DNA of 63,490 nt, the filler included, from Octopus bimaculoides (lineage: Eukaryota), in NCBI RefSeq assembly GCF_001194135.2. It is 6 parts of 6 records of this genome, joined end to end, with 100 filler letters (N's around TTAATTAATTAA, not from the genome) between each part and the next. Parts side by side here need not be neighbours in the genome. Positions count along the whole stretch, not along the records: positions 49,598 to 61,777 come from NC_068990.1; positions 61,878 to 63,490 come from NW_026325093.1; 4 more parts are not named here. One strand, written 5' to 3'. The position numbers were made by a program, and so were the translations under genes. The notes below the pieces were generated by a model. The model made no database searches. It saw only the letters and a program-made list of their open reading frames with translations, and was not told where the DNA came from. This document shows positions 51,545 to 63,490 of this stretch, one piece after another; the first letter of the stretch is position 1; each line of letters begins with the position of its first letter.

Positions 51545-51914
51545 TCATTCTCACACACACACACACACACACACACACAACCTGTGTGCATACACACACA
51601 CACACACACGCATAAACACTCACATACTCATTCGCTCACAGACTCGCTCATTCACACACATATGCACGCACACACACACACACACATACACACACACAAA
51701 CACTCACATACTCATTTTCTCATGCTTTCCCTCATTCACACACACAAACACTCACATACTCATTCGCTCACAGACTCGCTCATTCACACACATATGCACG
51801 CACACACACACACACACACATACACACACACAAACACTCACATACTCATTCGCTCACACACTCGCTCATTCACACACACACACACTCACATACTCATTCG
51901 CTCACACACTCGCT

Positions 51915-51955
<41 letters not shown>
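51545..51955 (+). repeat. CA-rich compound minisatellite with higher-order units
   Basis: Unit aaacactcacatactcattcgctcaca(g/c)actcgctcattcacacaca recurs several times. Confidence 0.9.
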
Positions 51956-51957
<2 letters not shown>

Positions 51958-52076
51958 CTTACATCAATAACACAAGCGTCCACAGGAGCAAACAGACATG
52001 TATAAACATACGTAGAAAGACACATGATATATTTACGTTGTATTAGTAATTAATTATCTGTCTTAATTTGTTCTAG

Positions 52077-52124
52077 GTAATGGAGGAAGGGAAAGTCCAT
52101 AATGTTCACCCTCCTCTAGACTGA
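52077..52124 (+). CDS. Candidate terminal exon (VMEEGKVHNVHPPLD*)
   Basis: Acceptor tcttaatttgttctAG. AATAAA at 52233-52238. Confidence 0.25.
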   Translation, partial: VMEEGKVHNVHPPLD

Positions 52125-52298
52125 TGGTGGTTGATTTACAGTTGAAGTTCGTTATTATAATTAACATCTGTAAATTAATCCTCACCAGTAAAGCATAGTA
52201 AAACTACCTCTTCCTTCCACTCAGCTCAAGCCAATAAAAATTCATAATTGCTTTAAACATATCATTAGCCTCATTATCCTCATTAGCCTTCCCACCAA

Positions 52299-52349
<51 letters not shown>

Positions 52350-52350
<1 letters not shown>

Positions 52351-53030
52351 GAAGCTACATGAAGAAGATAGCCTCTATGCAGCATATAAGCTATTGGGAA
52401 AGACTCAAGAGATTAAGACTGTATTCCTTAGAGCGTAGACGAGAAAGATATGCCATAATATACATCTGGAAGATCCTTGAAGGAATTGTCCCAAACTTTG
52501 GCATCGAAAGTTACACAAATAAAAGAACTGGTCGCCATTGCATAGTGCCAAGGACTCCAAATTTGCCATCAAGATGTAGGACAAGATACTGCAANNNNNN
52601 NNNNNNNNNNNNNNNNNNNNNNNNNNNNNNNNNNNNNNNNNNNNNNNNNNNNNNNNNNNNNNNNNNNNNNNNNNNNNNNNNNNNNNNNNNNNNNNNNNNN
52701 NNNNNNNNNNNNNNNNNNNNNNNNNNNNNNNNNNNNNNNNNNNNNNNNNNNNNNNNNNNNNNNNNNNNNNNNNNNNNNNNNNNNNNNNNNNNNNNNGCGG
52801 TGGATGTTGGTGTCTTCAAGTCAAGGCTGGACCTCTTCCTGTCAGGTGTCCCAGATGAACCAACTTCACGGCAGGAGGCGCAGATGAGAGCAGCTGCATC
52901 AAACTCTCTCATGCACCAAATGTCAATTCCTGAAGTAAAATTCAGGAAGTAAAATTGTGTAGCAACACCAAATGGCGGTGCCCCAGCATGGCCGCAGCTC
53001 ATGAGCTGAAACTAGATAAAATGAAAAATG
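52350..53030 (+). mobile_element. CR1/L2-group LINE 3' end with 3'UTR
   Basis: SYWERLKRLRLYSLERRRERYAIIYIWKILEGIVPNFGI..[gap]..VFKSRLDLFLSGVPDEP..AAASNSLMHQ. 3'UTR ends ggcggtgccccagcatggccgcagctc..gctgaaactagataaaa. Adjacent to (AAT)n. Confidence 0.9.
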
Positions 53031-54649
53031 AAATGAAATATGCATGTATGGGTACAGGACGTCACCAACTGTGCAAATAGCATGAAATACATAAAAACAG
53101 GACAGCAAACACAGAGAAAGGACCTTTCATCAGTTGTCAGTTGTCTATCTACTCTTCATTTCGAGCATCCAGTGACAATATGAGTGTTCAAAGACAGTTG
53201 CTCCCATAAATTCTAAAATAGAATTTAGGATTTATGGAGGATCAAAAGTTGAGAACCAAAACAGGACAGTGGAGACATACAAGGAAACCGAACGAAAACA
53301 AACACGGAGGGCCGTTAGACCAGCTCGCTTAAGTTCTTCACGCTGGATACGTGCTCTCTGAAATGTACATAGACAGTGGTGAAGCTAGCGTGTGTGCCAC
53401 CTGGGGGTGGCCCTTCAGTTTGCCATACTCTGCCCCACCCACCCTACATGAAAAATATATTGCAAAATGACTATATTGATTGTTGCATTTAATGGTTAGT
53501 GTCCATGTCCCCCAATGTTAAAACCGCTGTTATTTGATTTCAATGCAGCCTGTATAGGCTTATAGCCTACAGCTGATTCAAAAGTGTTGCTGCCCCTANN
53601 NNNNNNNNNNNNNNNNNNNNNNNNNNNNNNNNNNNNNNNNNNNNNNNNNNNNNNNNNNNNNNNNNNNNNNNNNNNNNNNNNNNNNNNNNNNNNNNNNNNN
53701 NNNNNNNNNNNNNNNNNNNNNNNNNNNNNNNNNNNNNNNNNNNNNNNNNNNNNNNNNNNNNNNNNNNNNNNNNNNNNNNNNNNNNNNNNNNNNNNNNNNN
53801 NNNNNNNNNNNNNNNNNNNNNNNNNNNNNNNNNNNNNNNNNNNNNNNNNNNNNNNNNNNNNNNNNNNNNNNNNNNNNNNNNNNNNNNNNNGCATTTTCCA
53901 TAATGTTATATAAGTATATAAGCCAAGGTAGACGTTAGATAAGTAGGGACGATGAGCAGAAATGAGGAGGAAGCAGAGATTAGTTTCCAAGGTAAAGAGG
54001 TGTTCAAGAACTTTTGGAGAGTCAGTATGTGAGTCGGAGATATGCATTGGTGAGAAGACTTAATTTATGCAGACAGTTCAGGCTAGCAACCAATTCAACT
54101 TTTGTTTCAGCAGTGACTGTTATGAAAGCAGTGGGTGAGGTGGGGGTGGGGGTGGGGGAAGTCGGCTGTTATGTGTGCATTGACGTCACCTTGCAGATGA
54201 TGTCAGAGAAGGCGAAAGAGAGAGGGAGAGAGAGGAGAGAGAGAGTGGGGCGGCGTGGCTAACTAGATGTCCTCAGTGCTGGACAAGAAATAGCCAAACA
54301 GCTGTTGAGAGTTCGGAGAGCAGTACAGAGAGTAGATAAGAGTCCGAGGAATGAGTGAGAGATGTGAGACTCTGAGTGAGCTGGAGTAATTGGGAGTCTT
54401 TAGTGCAAACGTCAAGGTGGTGGGTGGGGGGTGGGGGGAGAAAAATAAATGAGTAGTAGGAAGAGTGGATTCCATGTAAGCAAAGATACCATTGTGTTGG
54501 GGGTCGTTGTGTAGTGTGTGTAAGTGTGTATGTGCATGCATGTCTGTGTGTGCATGTGCATGCACATGGGCATGCACATGTGTGTGTGTGTGCATGTGCA
54601 TGGGCACATATTTGTGCATGCATTTCTGCCCCCACTTGGCTTCAAATTT

Positions 54650-54945
54650 TGGCACAAAACCAGCAGTTTCTGGGGATGGGGCAAGTTGATTACATTGACC
54701 CCAGTACTCAGCTGGTACATATTTTATTGACCACCCCCAAACGGATGAAAGGCAAAGTTGACCCCCAGCAACACCACTTGACAAGTGTCGTTGAGTTTAT
54801 GTCATCCTGTGACTTTGCAATTCAGCAAAAGAGACCAATAGAATAAGTACTAGGCTTTGAAAATAAAAATAAGCCCTGTTGTCGATTTGTTCAATCAAAA
54901 ACCTTTCAAGGCCACAGTCTGAAACAAGTAAAAGATAAAACAATA
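54650..54945. mobile_element. Family-B SINE fragment (minus) fused to family-A SINE 3' half (plus)
   Basis: ttgattacattgaccccagtactcagctggtac..ggatgaaaggcaaagttgacc, then cttgacaa..cagcaaaagagaccaatagaataagtactaggc..ctgaaacaagtaaaaga. Confidence 0.8.
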
Positions 54946-55803
54946 AAGATAATAATTATGGAATTATGTAAGAACCGTTGTTAAGATATGCTTTAAACAT
55001 CAGCTTAATAAAGAAAAGATTTTGTTGCTTTACGAAATCTTTCTAAATTATAGAAGCCCCTTCTACTTCAAAGAAATCTGTTTAACCCATAGATAGGGCC
55101 CTAACAGGTACAGCTGTTCCAAGACAGAATGGTCCTGGGAATAATGGTAATTAGGGGCTAACTCCAAGCTCCCCACGGCTCCAGAATTTCCAAACTGGAA
55201 CCTCAACACCGGATACAGTTTAATGTCATCCCTACGATAAATATATATATAATTAGAATTCTGTTTTGCTACCAAGGTTACATTGACATTCTTGTTCACA
55301 CTTCACAATATTCCCTGACATTCGCAGTTTAGTTATCATGACGATAATAAATGGTTGAGTGGACATAGTTCTTCATATTTCGCATACCATCCACAAGCTA
55401 TCTACACACAATCAGTAATCTCATGAGTGTTAAGAAATGGATATATATATATATANNNNNNNNNNNNNNNNNNNNNNNNNNNNNNNNNNNNNNNNNNNNN
55501 NNNNNNNNNNNNNNNNNNNNNNNNNNNNNNNNNNNNNNNNNNNNNNNNNNNNNNNNNNNNNNNNNNNNNNNNNNNNNNNNNNNNNNNNNNNNNNNNNNNN
55601 NNNNNNNNNNNNNNNNNNNNNNNNNNNNNNNNNNNNNNNNNNNNNNNNNNNNNNNNNNNNNNNNNNNNNNNNNNNNNNNNNNNNNNNNNNNNNNNNNNNN
55701 NNNNNNNNNNNNNNNNNNNNNNNNNNNNNNNNNNNNNNNNNNNNNNNNNNNNNNNNNNNNNNNNNNNNNNNNNNNNNNNNNNNNNNNNNNNNNNNNNNNN
55801 NNN

Positions 55804-55855
<52 letters not shown>

Positions 55856-56224
55856 TATATATATATATACAAATAATATATATAAAGATTATTAATATAT
55901 TGTATATATTATTAATATTAATATGTATGTGTTATATATATGTATATGTGTGTGTGTGTGTGTTGTACATGTAATTTGGCTTAAGCAGTTCCAATGTAAA
56001 GTTTTTATTTCAATGTTTTCTTCATATTTCATACAAGGAAAACTCACTCAAGATCTTACCTTACAAGTCTGGTGGGAAATTAAAGAAATATTATTGCTAA
56101 TGATGAATAATGTGACAAAAGTTATTCTAAATTCTTTTAAAGACCTAATATTTGATGATACATCACTGCTAAAGATAATTAAAAGAAAGTCTTATATATG
56201 GATATATATATGTATATGTTTATA

Positions 56225-56257
<33 letters not shown>

Positions 56258-56409
56258 ATCTACTTATCTATCTATATATATATATAGTTTATGAGAAGAG
56301 ATACGTGTATCCTCAAAATAATATATATATACTGGGTTGGGAACTAAGTTCCCGCCATTTTTTTAAATTTTGGAATTTATCGCGTTTTTAAATTTTGGAA
56401 TCTATCTTT

Positions 56410-57010
56410 GTAAGCCTAGTACTTATTCTATCGGTCTCTTAGGCTGAACTGCTAAGTTACAGGGATGTAAACACACCAGCATCGGCTGTCAAGCGATGTT
56501 GGGGGTGGGTACCAACACAGACACACAAACATATACATACACATATATATATATATATAGGTTATGAGAGGTAATGGTGTCAATAGGACCCAAAGGTGTC
56601 AATAAGGTAATGGTGTCAATAAGACTCAAAGGTGTCAATAAGAGGTAATGGTGAGTAAGTGCTATGGACAGACTATAGTTAAGCTCCAAGTTCGGTGATT
56701 ATGCGAATGAGAAGTGCAGCATAGGTCATATACCAGCATGTGTATATATATATAATTTTTTTTTTTTCAGAATGAGATGAAAAACCAAGGCTGTAAAGGT
56801 TTTAGAACATTTATAAATAGAAGATCTTACAGCTGTTTCCGGGATATTTTATATATCCCTTCATCAGAGACGATGGGCTTCTTTCAGTTTCCGTCTACCA
56901 AATCCACTCACAAGGTTTTGGTCAGCCCGAGGCTATGGTACCACACAGTAGGACTGAACCCGGAACCATGTGGTTGGTAAGCAAGCCACTTACCACACAG
57001 CCACTCCTGC
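56410..57010 (-). mobile_element. Two family-A SINE pieces (56410-56510 body, 56875-57010 head) separated by other sequence
   Basis: Reverse-complement matches to 34993-35373. Confidence 0.8.
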
Positions 57011-57234
57011 GTCTACACATATATTGTATATATTGTCTCGTAGTAATAAAGCCTTTTGTTGACAATTTACTTTATGAATGCTTGTTACCTACTTTGGCAT
57101 ATTTGCTCACAGTGTGGATAAACATGCGAAGAGGTCGGGTGGAGGTTTACGGATAAATATTTATTCCACAAAGAGGTGCAATAAATAATGTCAGTTGTTT
57201 GACCTTATGCTATCAGAGTGCTTCTAGTCCTCAG

Positions 57235-57361
57235 TTCTGTCTGTCTGTCTGTCTGTTTTTCTCTCTCTATCTATCTATCTATCTTTCAGTTTCTCCTCTA
57301 CTCAGTATCCCTTCTCTCCTCCAGCCATTTCTGTCCCCTAACATATCTTTCTTCCTCCAAG

Positions 57362-57431
<70 letters not shown>

Positions 57432-58160
57432 CGTCCCCCTCTCTCTCTGTTAGTCTTTCCTCCTCCTCTTCAGTCATTCCATTTCTTTACTCTTTCACTC
57501 TCTCAATCTTCCCTTCCCTTTCTTCCTCCCAGTCTTTTTTCACTCTCTCAACCCTCTCTTACTCTCTCTTTCCCTCTCTCCCTATCTCCTTCAGTCTTTT
57601 CTCCTCTCCTTCAGTCTTCTTTCCCTGTATTTTTCATTTCATTCCTTTTCTCTTTCACTCTTTTTCTCTTCTCTCTTTTAATATCTCCTTTTCCTTCCCA
57701 GTTTTTTTCACTTCATCGCTCTTTCTCTCTTTCTCCTTCTCTCTCTGCCTATCCCTCTCTCTCTCCTTCTCTCTCTTCCCCACCCCATACTTCCTCAGTC
57801 TTTCCTTCTCTCTTTCAGTCATTTTCATATCTCCATCAGTGTTTCATTCTTTCCTCCACCATCTCCTTTCTTCTGACAGTCATTCCTTCTCTTTTTCACT
57901 CTTTCCTTCCCTCCTTCGATCTTTTTCTTCCCTCTGTCATTCTTTCATTCTTTCTTTCACCATCTCCTTTCTCTCACAATTCTTCCTTCTCTCCTTCACT
58001 CTTTCCCTTCTCTCAATCATTCTTTCATTCTTCCCTCCACCTTCTCCTTTCCTCTGACAGTCTTTCCTTCTCTCCTTCACTCTTTTCCTTCTCTCAATCA
58101 TTCTTTCATTCTTCCCTCCACCATCTCCTTTTCTCTCTCAGTCTTTCCCTTCTCTCTCAT
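57235..58160 (+). repeat. ~900-bp polypyrimidine (CT-rich) low-complexity tract
   Basis: Direct reading. It explains the 279-aa S/L/F ORF. Confidence 0.95.
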
Positions 58161-58529
58161 CAATGTGCAATCAGCATTATTGACCACTTTTCTAATAAAA
58201 CCTGGTACCTGATTCCTACAAACCAGTTGGGTTGAGTTAATGGGAAACAAAGTGCCCCCTTGAGAAAGGTGGAGAAACAGCTGAAAGAAAATTAAACTCA
58301 TTATCCAATGAGCAGGTAATGAATTGTATCTAAGTAGACCCTACAGGTGCTATAATTCCTCACACATACACACTAACACATAAAAACATATGTACAAAAC
58401 AGCAAGGATGAGGGTTTGAAGAAGTTTTTCAACCTGCCAGCAATAACAGTTGAATCTCCCTCACCTAACCACATCTGGCTTTTTGTCGGTTATGATGACA
58501 AGTGTTCCATTTAATTCAGTCAACAAAAC

Positions 58530-58668
58530 AGCTGGCTTGTAAAACTAATGTGCAAGTGGCTGAGCACTCCACAGACACATGTACCCCTAATGTGGCAAGG
58601 TTGGCCTTTGAATTACAGGTACAGCTCATTTTTATCAGCAGAGTGGACTGGAGCAACAGGAATTAAAG
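58530..58668 (-). mobile_element. Family-C SINE fragment
   Basis: gtgcaagtggctgagcactccacagacac.tgtaccc shared with 60715-61110. Confidence 0.75.
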
Positions 58669-58821
58669 TACATTATTTACATTATTTACTTTTGACGGAT
58701 ATTTGTCTTCATCTTGTTTGTTGTTAACACAATAATGTTTCAGCTGATATACCCTCCAGCCTTCATCAGGTGTCTTGGAGAGATTTCGAACCTGGGTTCT
58801 CATTCCTAACATATTTTTCGA

Positions 58822-58887
<66 letters not shown>

Positions 58888-59040
58888 TTCATTCATTCAT
58901 TCATTCATTCATTCATTCATTCATTCATTCATTCATTCATTCATTCATTCAGGTCACTGGCATATGGCGTAGTGGTTAAGAGCGCGGGCTACTAACCTTA
59001 AGATTCCGAGTTCAATTTCAGACAGTGACCTGGATAATAG
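58669..59040. mobile_element. ORF-less tRNA-head + hammerhead unit, in inverted arrangement
   Basis: 58669-58959 is the minus-strand homolog of 6125-6300, including ctgatga-aggctg-gagggtatat-cagct-gaaac at 58726-58774. 58960-59032 is the plus-strand tRNA-like head. Junction IR caggtcactg/cagtgacctg. Confidence 0.88.
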
Positions 59041-59084
59041 TAATGTATTTTTCTGCAATATATGGATAATTTATCCTGATCACG

Positions 59085-59167
<83 letters not shown>

Positions 59168-59419
59168 CTTCTACGTGACTGTGACGACAAAAGCATGAGT
59201 GTATGTGTACATGTGTGTATTTATGTCTAGGTGTACGTCTAGGCAAGAATTTTGATGGGAAATTGCTTGTTTACAAGTGATCATGTATTTTTAGATCTAC
59301 CAACCACAAGGTAGAGGTCAGTGAATGTGTCACAACAGGGATGTGAATGTAACTCTTACAAAAGCTTATAACTAACCTGAACTGCTGGTGTGGCTACGTG
59401 ATGAGTATAGGCAAAGACT

Positions 59420-59575
59420 ATATGTAGTCTGTGTAGTAAGAAGCTCGTTTCTCAACCATGGGGTCTCGGGTTCAGTCCCACTCCACAGCACCTCAGGCAA
59501 ACGTGTTGCATTATAGCTCTAGGCTGACCAAATCCTTTTGAGTGGGTTTTAGTAGATGGAAATTGAAAGAAGCCT
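59420..59575 (+). mobile_element. Family-A SINE 5' half, CpG-decayed
   Basis: tgtgtagtaagaagc..gggttcagtcccact..gaaattgaaagaagcc. Confidence 0.8.
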
Positions 59576-59606
59576 TATTGTATACATACATATATATCAC
59601 CACCAC

Positions 59607-59629
<23 letters not shown>

Positions 59630-59640
<11 letters not shown>

Positions 59641-59980
59641 GTCATCCTTTAACATCTGTTTTCCATGCTGCTGGTCTGGCTCCCGTGCAGGTAACACATA
59701 AAAAACACCTTTTGAGCATGGCTGTTGCCAGAACTGTCTGACAGGCCTTCGTGCCGGTGGCATGTAAAAGCACCCACTACACTCTCAGAGTGGTTGGCGT
59801 TAGGAAGGGCATCCAGGGTTGGGTGGTTTGACAACAGCTGACAAGCCAGAGAGTGGCATCAGGTTGGCACCAGGAATAGCTTGCAGCCATAAAAACCTTA
59901 CCAAAGCAGACAGTGGAGCATGATGCAATCTGCCTCACCATCCAATCCATGATGATGATGATGATGATGATGATGATGTT
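59630..59980. mobile_element. RTE-type 3'UTR repeat with (GAT)n tails on both ends (inverted arrangement)
   Basis: (CAT)n + ctttaacatctgttttccatgctg on the left. gtgccggtggcatgtaaaagcacccactacactctc..aggaagggcatccag..atccatgatgatg on the right. Confidence 0.6.
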
Positions 59981-60489
59981 TTACAACAAGAATGTTGAGA
60001 TAGATCTAGTCTTTAGAAGTAAAGGCCACATATGCCGTAACATAAAACAGAAAATCGTTGACAGATTCAGAACTTATAATAAAAAATGGCTACATCAGAT
60101 ATGACTAATGCACTGCACAGAAAAGCTGAATATAAAAATATCTGCTGCATCAAGGACTAAATTTAAGTGCTAAGTTTAAAACTGTTGATAAATGTAAACA
60201 AGTAGATAAGTTCATATTACATAACTGGACACAGCCACTATGAATTTCACACTGTGTTTATACAAATGTGAGACAGTGAGTGCACCAATGCAGAGATTGT
60301 AGATATGTTAATATTGCTTTGTGTTCCACCCCACTCCACCTTACAAAACTATTTCCTATTTATCTTCTTGCCAATCTACAGCAAAGAACTTTTATTTTTT
60401 CTTTATGCTTCTTTATTGTTTTCTTTTCCATGTTATATATTATTTCATACCCTTATCCAATTCTTAATTCTACTTTTAGAATTTAACTC

Positions 60490-60705
60490 GTGTGGAGGGG
60501 GTAGACCCAGGAAGGCATGGGATGAAGTAGTGAGAAAGGATCTTTCGGACACTGGGCCTCACTGAAGAAATGACTAGGGTCTAGGAGTTGTAGGGATTTG
60601 CTGTGCTTGAGAAGACACATCAAGCTAAGTAAAACCCCTGTTGTCCATACGTACAGGCTTGTCCTTTACAGGTGCCAGTGCCACATAAAATGCACTTGTG
60701 CCAGT
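60490..60705 (+). mobile_element. RTE LINE 3' end
   Basis: GGGRPRKAWDEVVRKDL/.TLGLTEEMTR..FAVLEKT, then a 3'UTR containing gtgccagtgccacataaaa. Confidence 0.8.
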
Positions 60706-60714
60706 CCTGTCTGA

Positions 60715-61110
60715 GTTGGTTGGTTGGCACTCCGTCGTTTTACGACGACGAGGGTTCCAGTTGATCCGATCAACGGAACAGCCTGCTCGTGAAATTAACA
60801 TGTAAGTGGCTGAGCACTCCACAGACACGTGTACCCTTAACGTAGTTCTCGGGGATATTCAGCGTGACACAGAGTGTGACAAGGCTGGCCCTTTGAAATA
60901 CAGGTACAACAGAAACAGGANNNNNNNNNNGATATTCAGCGTGACACAGAGTGTGACAAGGCTGGCCCTTTGAAATACAGGTACAACAGAAACAGGAAGA
61001 AAGAGTGAGAGAAAGTTGTTGTGAAAGAGTACAACAGGGTTCGCCACCATCCCCTGCCGGAGCCTTGTGGAACTTTAGGTGTTTTCGCTCAATAATCACT
61101 CACAACGCCC
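60715..61110 (-). mobile_element. Family-C SINE, with assembly-duplicated segment around a 10-N gap
   Basis: tggcactccgtcg..cagttgatccgatcaacggaacagcctgctcgtgaaattaac..gtggctgagcactccacagacacgtgtacccttaacgtagttctc. Confidence 0.75.
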
Positions 61111-61404
61111 GGACATATAGCGGTATGTAAGCTGACCCTAGAAATCTCTAGTGAGACTTTTTTATTGATGTACCCAAAGAGACCCAGAACGATGGGTCAA
61201 AACACATGTTGCACTCAATAAAATCTATTACAGATTTCATCTCCCATCTTATTATTACTACTATCTCAACCGCCACCACTAACTTCCGGCAGTAAATCTA
61301 CAGATAACAACAGGTAAGCTAAACTGTGCCAGTACTTTACTCATCATTTGTATATACATTCTGCATAATTTTTCCATTATATATATATATATTGAAAATT
61401 GAAC

Positions 61405-61580
61405 CAAATTCGTTTATTGACACCCATGCCAACCTTCCTTCATTGGACACTAAACTCAGCTTGTGAAGACCTGTTGGGGCAAACGAGATTGAAACTGAAC
61501 CAAATTCGATGACTGGCACCCGTGCCAGTGGAGCACTAACAGAACCATCCGAGCAGGATCACTGCCAGAGCAGTGGTCTC
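61405..61580 (+). mobile_element. RTE-associated 3'UTR-type repeat fragment
   Basis: gacacccatgccaaccttccttcattggacactaaactc.gcttgtgaagacctgttggggcaa..tggcacccgtgccagtggagc. Assignment by recall of similar repeats. Confidence 0.45.
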
Positions 61581-61632
61581 GCTACATAGATAGATAGACA
61601 AATATTATATGTATATGTATGCATGCATGTAT

Positions 61633-61664
<32 letters not shown>

Positions 61665-61877
61665 ACATATATGCAAACACTTGGTTGCATGTATATAGCT
61701 ATTTCCCTCTCTCCATCTCCTCCCTAACAGCCACATTTAATACAATCCTAAATTCCCTACCAATAACCCAACCCACCNNNNNNNNNNNNNNNNNNNNNNN
61801 NNNNNNNNNNNNNNNNNNNNNTTAATTAATTAANNNNNNNNNNNNNNNNNNNNNNNNNNNNNNNNNNNNNNNNNNNN

Positions 61878-61910
<33 letters not shown>

Positions 61911-62599
61911 GTAATATATATTATATATACATATGTAAATGCTAATAACATTGTTTTGTAAACGAGACTCTTGTCGCGTGTGAATACTTGTAGTGTTTGT
62001 ATTATGCATTTTGTGATACCTGAAAATAGTTTTGTTTTGTTTTTTAACACATAAACGTCAGCTTCCCACCCCCCGCCACTTCACTATCTACATACACACG
62101 TTCACGCACAGCCTTACAATTATAGACTGAAAACGACTACACGAATACACACAATCTAAAACTAAAAGACTATATATATTTTTTTTTTTTTTTTTTATTT
62201 TGTTTGAAAAAAAAATGGACAAATGAAACCAACAAAACAATGTAAGGAAGAAGAATAAAGATACTCTTTTATTGGTTGCAGACAGTTGGATATGTCCATG
62301 CTGGAGCACGGAATGATGGAAATTTTGAAACAAAAAAGAACTTTCCGATCACCCAGAACTGTTGAACGTTTTAGGTTCAAAATTTTACATCTATTGTTAT
62401 TCATATTTTGACATTTGAGACGTTGAGTGTGTGTGTGTGTGTGTACAGAAGAGTTTGGTTGTGATGGATATAGGCTTTTACTTGTTAACTAAAACACATT
62501 TCTCTTTAACAATTTAGATTAAGAAGGGCCGGCCAGTGCCCATAACCCTTTTTCAGATTCCAGTAATCATCTTAGCTTCTACATCATTTTTTATCTGAT

Positions 62600-63080
62600 T
62601 TTTCTCTATCGAAGTCGGAGAACCAGTAGCGACCTGAGAAACTTTAGAGACAGTAAATCGGCGTTTCACGACGTGAGACGGTTATAGCAAGAGACGACAT
62701 TGACGTTGGCAGTGGTATATAAGACAGTAGCGGTATGCGTCACAGCAGCGGTATAAGACATACCAACAGCGTTACAGACAACAGTAGTATAAGACACATC
62801 AGCATTATATGACATCAACGGTGTGAGGCACAGCTGCGGTGTAACGCATAGCAGAGACAGTAAAAGACAACTGCTATGTGAAAAGCTAACAGCGACGCGG
62901 TTGCGGGGTCAGACGCAACAATGACGTTAGAGATGTATTTTTTTTCCACTGAGCTGTCTGATAATCTTTCTAGCAACCAATAATTAATCACGCATCTACA
63001 CAAAATGCGAGACACTGACAGTCACCACTCTCACAAACCAAAATGAGTAACTGTGATGCTCAGCGTTTCGCAAAAACATT
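62600..63080. promoter_or_regulatory. CpG-retaining unique segment, possible promoter or 5' exon
   Basis: Visibly many CG dinucleotides against CpG-poor flanks. No TE or long ORF recognised. Confidence 0.3.
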
Positions 63081-63490
63081 ATACCTTGTATGTGATGGGA
63101 AATGATGGTTTCAGCCCCTATTTAAAGGAAACTGAGGCCTAGTTGTACCAGGTACATACACCTACACATACATACATACATACATACATACATACATACA
63201 TACATACACAAAGATAATAGATTTAGAGGTAGAGTGAAGACAAAATTAAGTGGAGACTGTGTGACGTTAATATCTTAATTGAGAGAATTAAAGAACGTGA
63301 AGTGGAATGGTCAAAAAAACGAATACAAAACGTTTCAACATGGGTCACAATTATCAAATTGTTGAGAAATTGTACGTCATGCCAGACAATATTATTGTAA
63401 ACTTGAAATAATTCCATGTAAAAGAATTCTTTTGGATGCATTTAAATAAATATGGATAAAACTAAACTGCCCTCGAGTTACGTTCTATTT

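Noticed and set aside
53040-53350. Second hammerhead or Penelope end (minus-strand ctgatgaaagg at ~53120-53133)
   Set aside because: No closing stem II or GAAA could be placed. It is probably a repeat, but the class is not supportable.
56565-56655. Short repeat array (ggtaatggtgtcaata..) as CRISPR-like
   Set aside because: About 2.5 copies of a ~37-bp tandem unit without unique spacers, in a eukaryotic context with no cas genes.
57218-58057. 279-aa hydrophobic ORF
   Set aside because: Polypyrimidine tract that cannot easily form stop codons.
60855-60997. 66-bp direct repeat around a 10-N gap
   Set aside because: Identical sequence on both sides of a minimal gap indicates an unmerged contig overlap.

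Overview
AT-rich, microsatellite- and transposon-dense animal genomic scaffold, most likely an octopus draft assembly. This is inferred from the SINE families, the microsatellite load and the N-flanked TTAATTAATTAA contig linkers. I find no CRISPR array, rRNA, functional tRNA or recognisable host gene, and most ORFs in the supplied track are microsatellite or N-gap artefacts. Supported mobile elements: a Tc1/mariner remnant, decayed RTE LINEs, a hAT MITE with 8-bp TSD, REL-endonuclease LINE 3' ends (HERO-like and R4/Dong-like), a non-autonomous Helitron, two Tigger/pogo remnants, a rearranged Ty3/Gypsy element, a CR1/L2-type LINE 3' end, and many tRNA-head SINEs of at least three families. The strongest hunt signal is a 5'-truncated Penelope-like element (5186-6327, 12-bp TSD). 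Its terminal repeat reads GIY-YIG ORF end, tRNA-like Pol III head, (TAA)n, minimal hammerhead ribozyme, tail. The same head + hammerhead + tail unit occurs without any ORF at 58669-59040, suggesting a ribozyme-bearing SINE mobilised by a Penelope element. Other observations are a LINE/SINE shared 3' tail, a perfect 111-bp templated inversion, a host-like segment replacing part of Gypsy pol, RFX X-box motifs, domain-scale CpG-decay differences and low-confidence candidate exons on both strands. All alignments and translations were done by eye, and TE boundaries are approximate unless a TSD or terminal motif is quoted.
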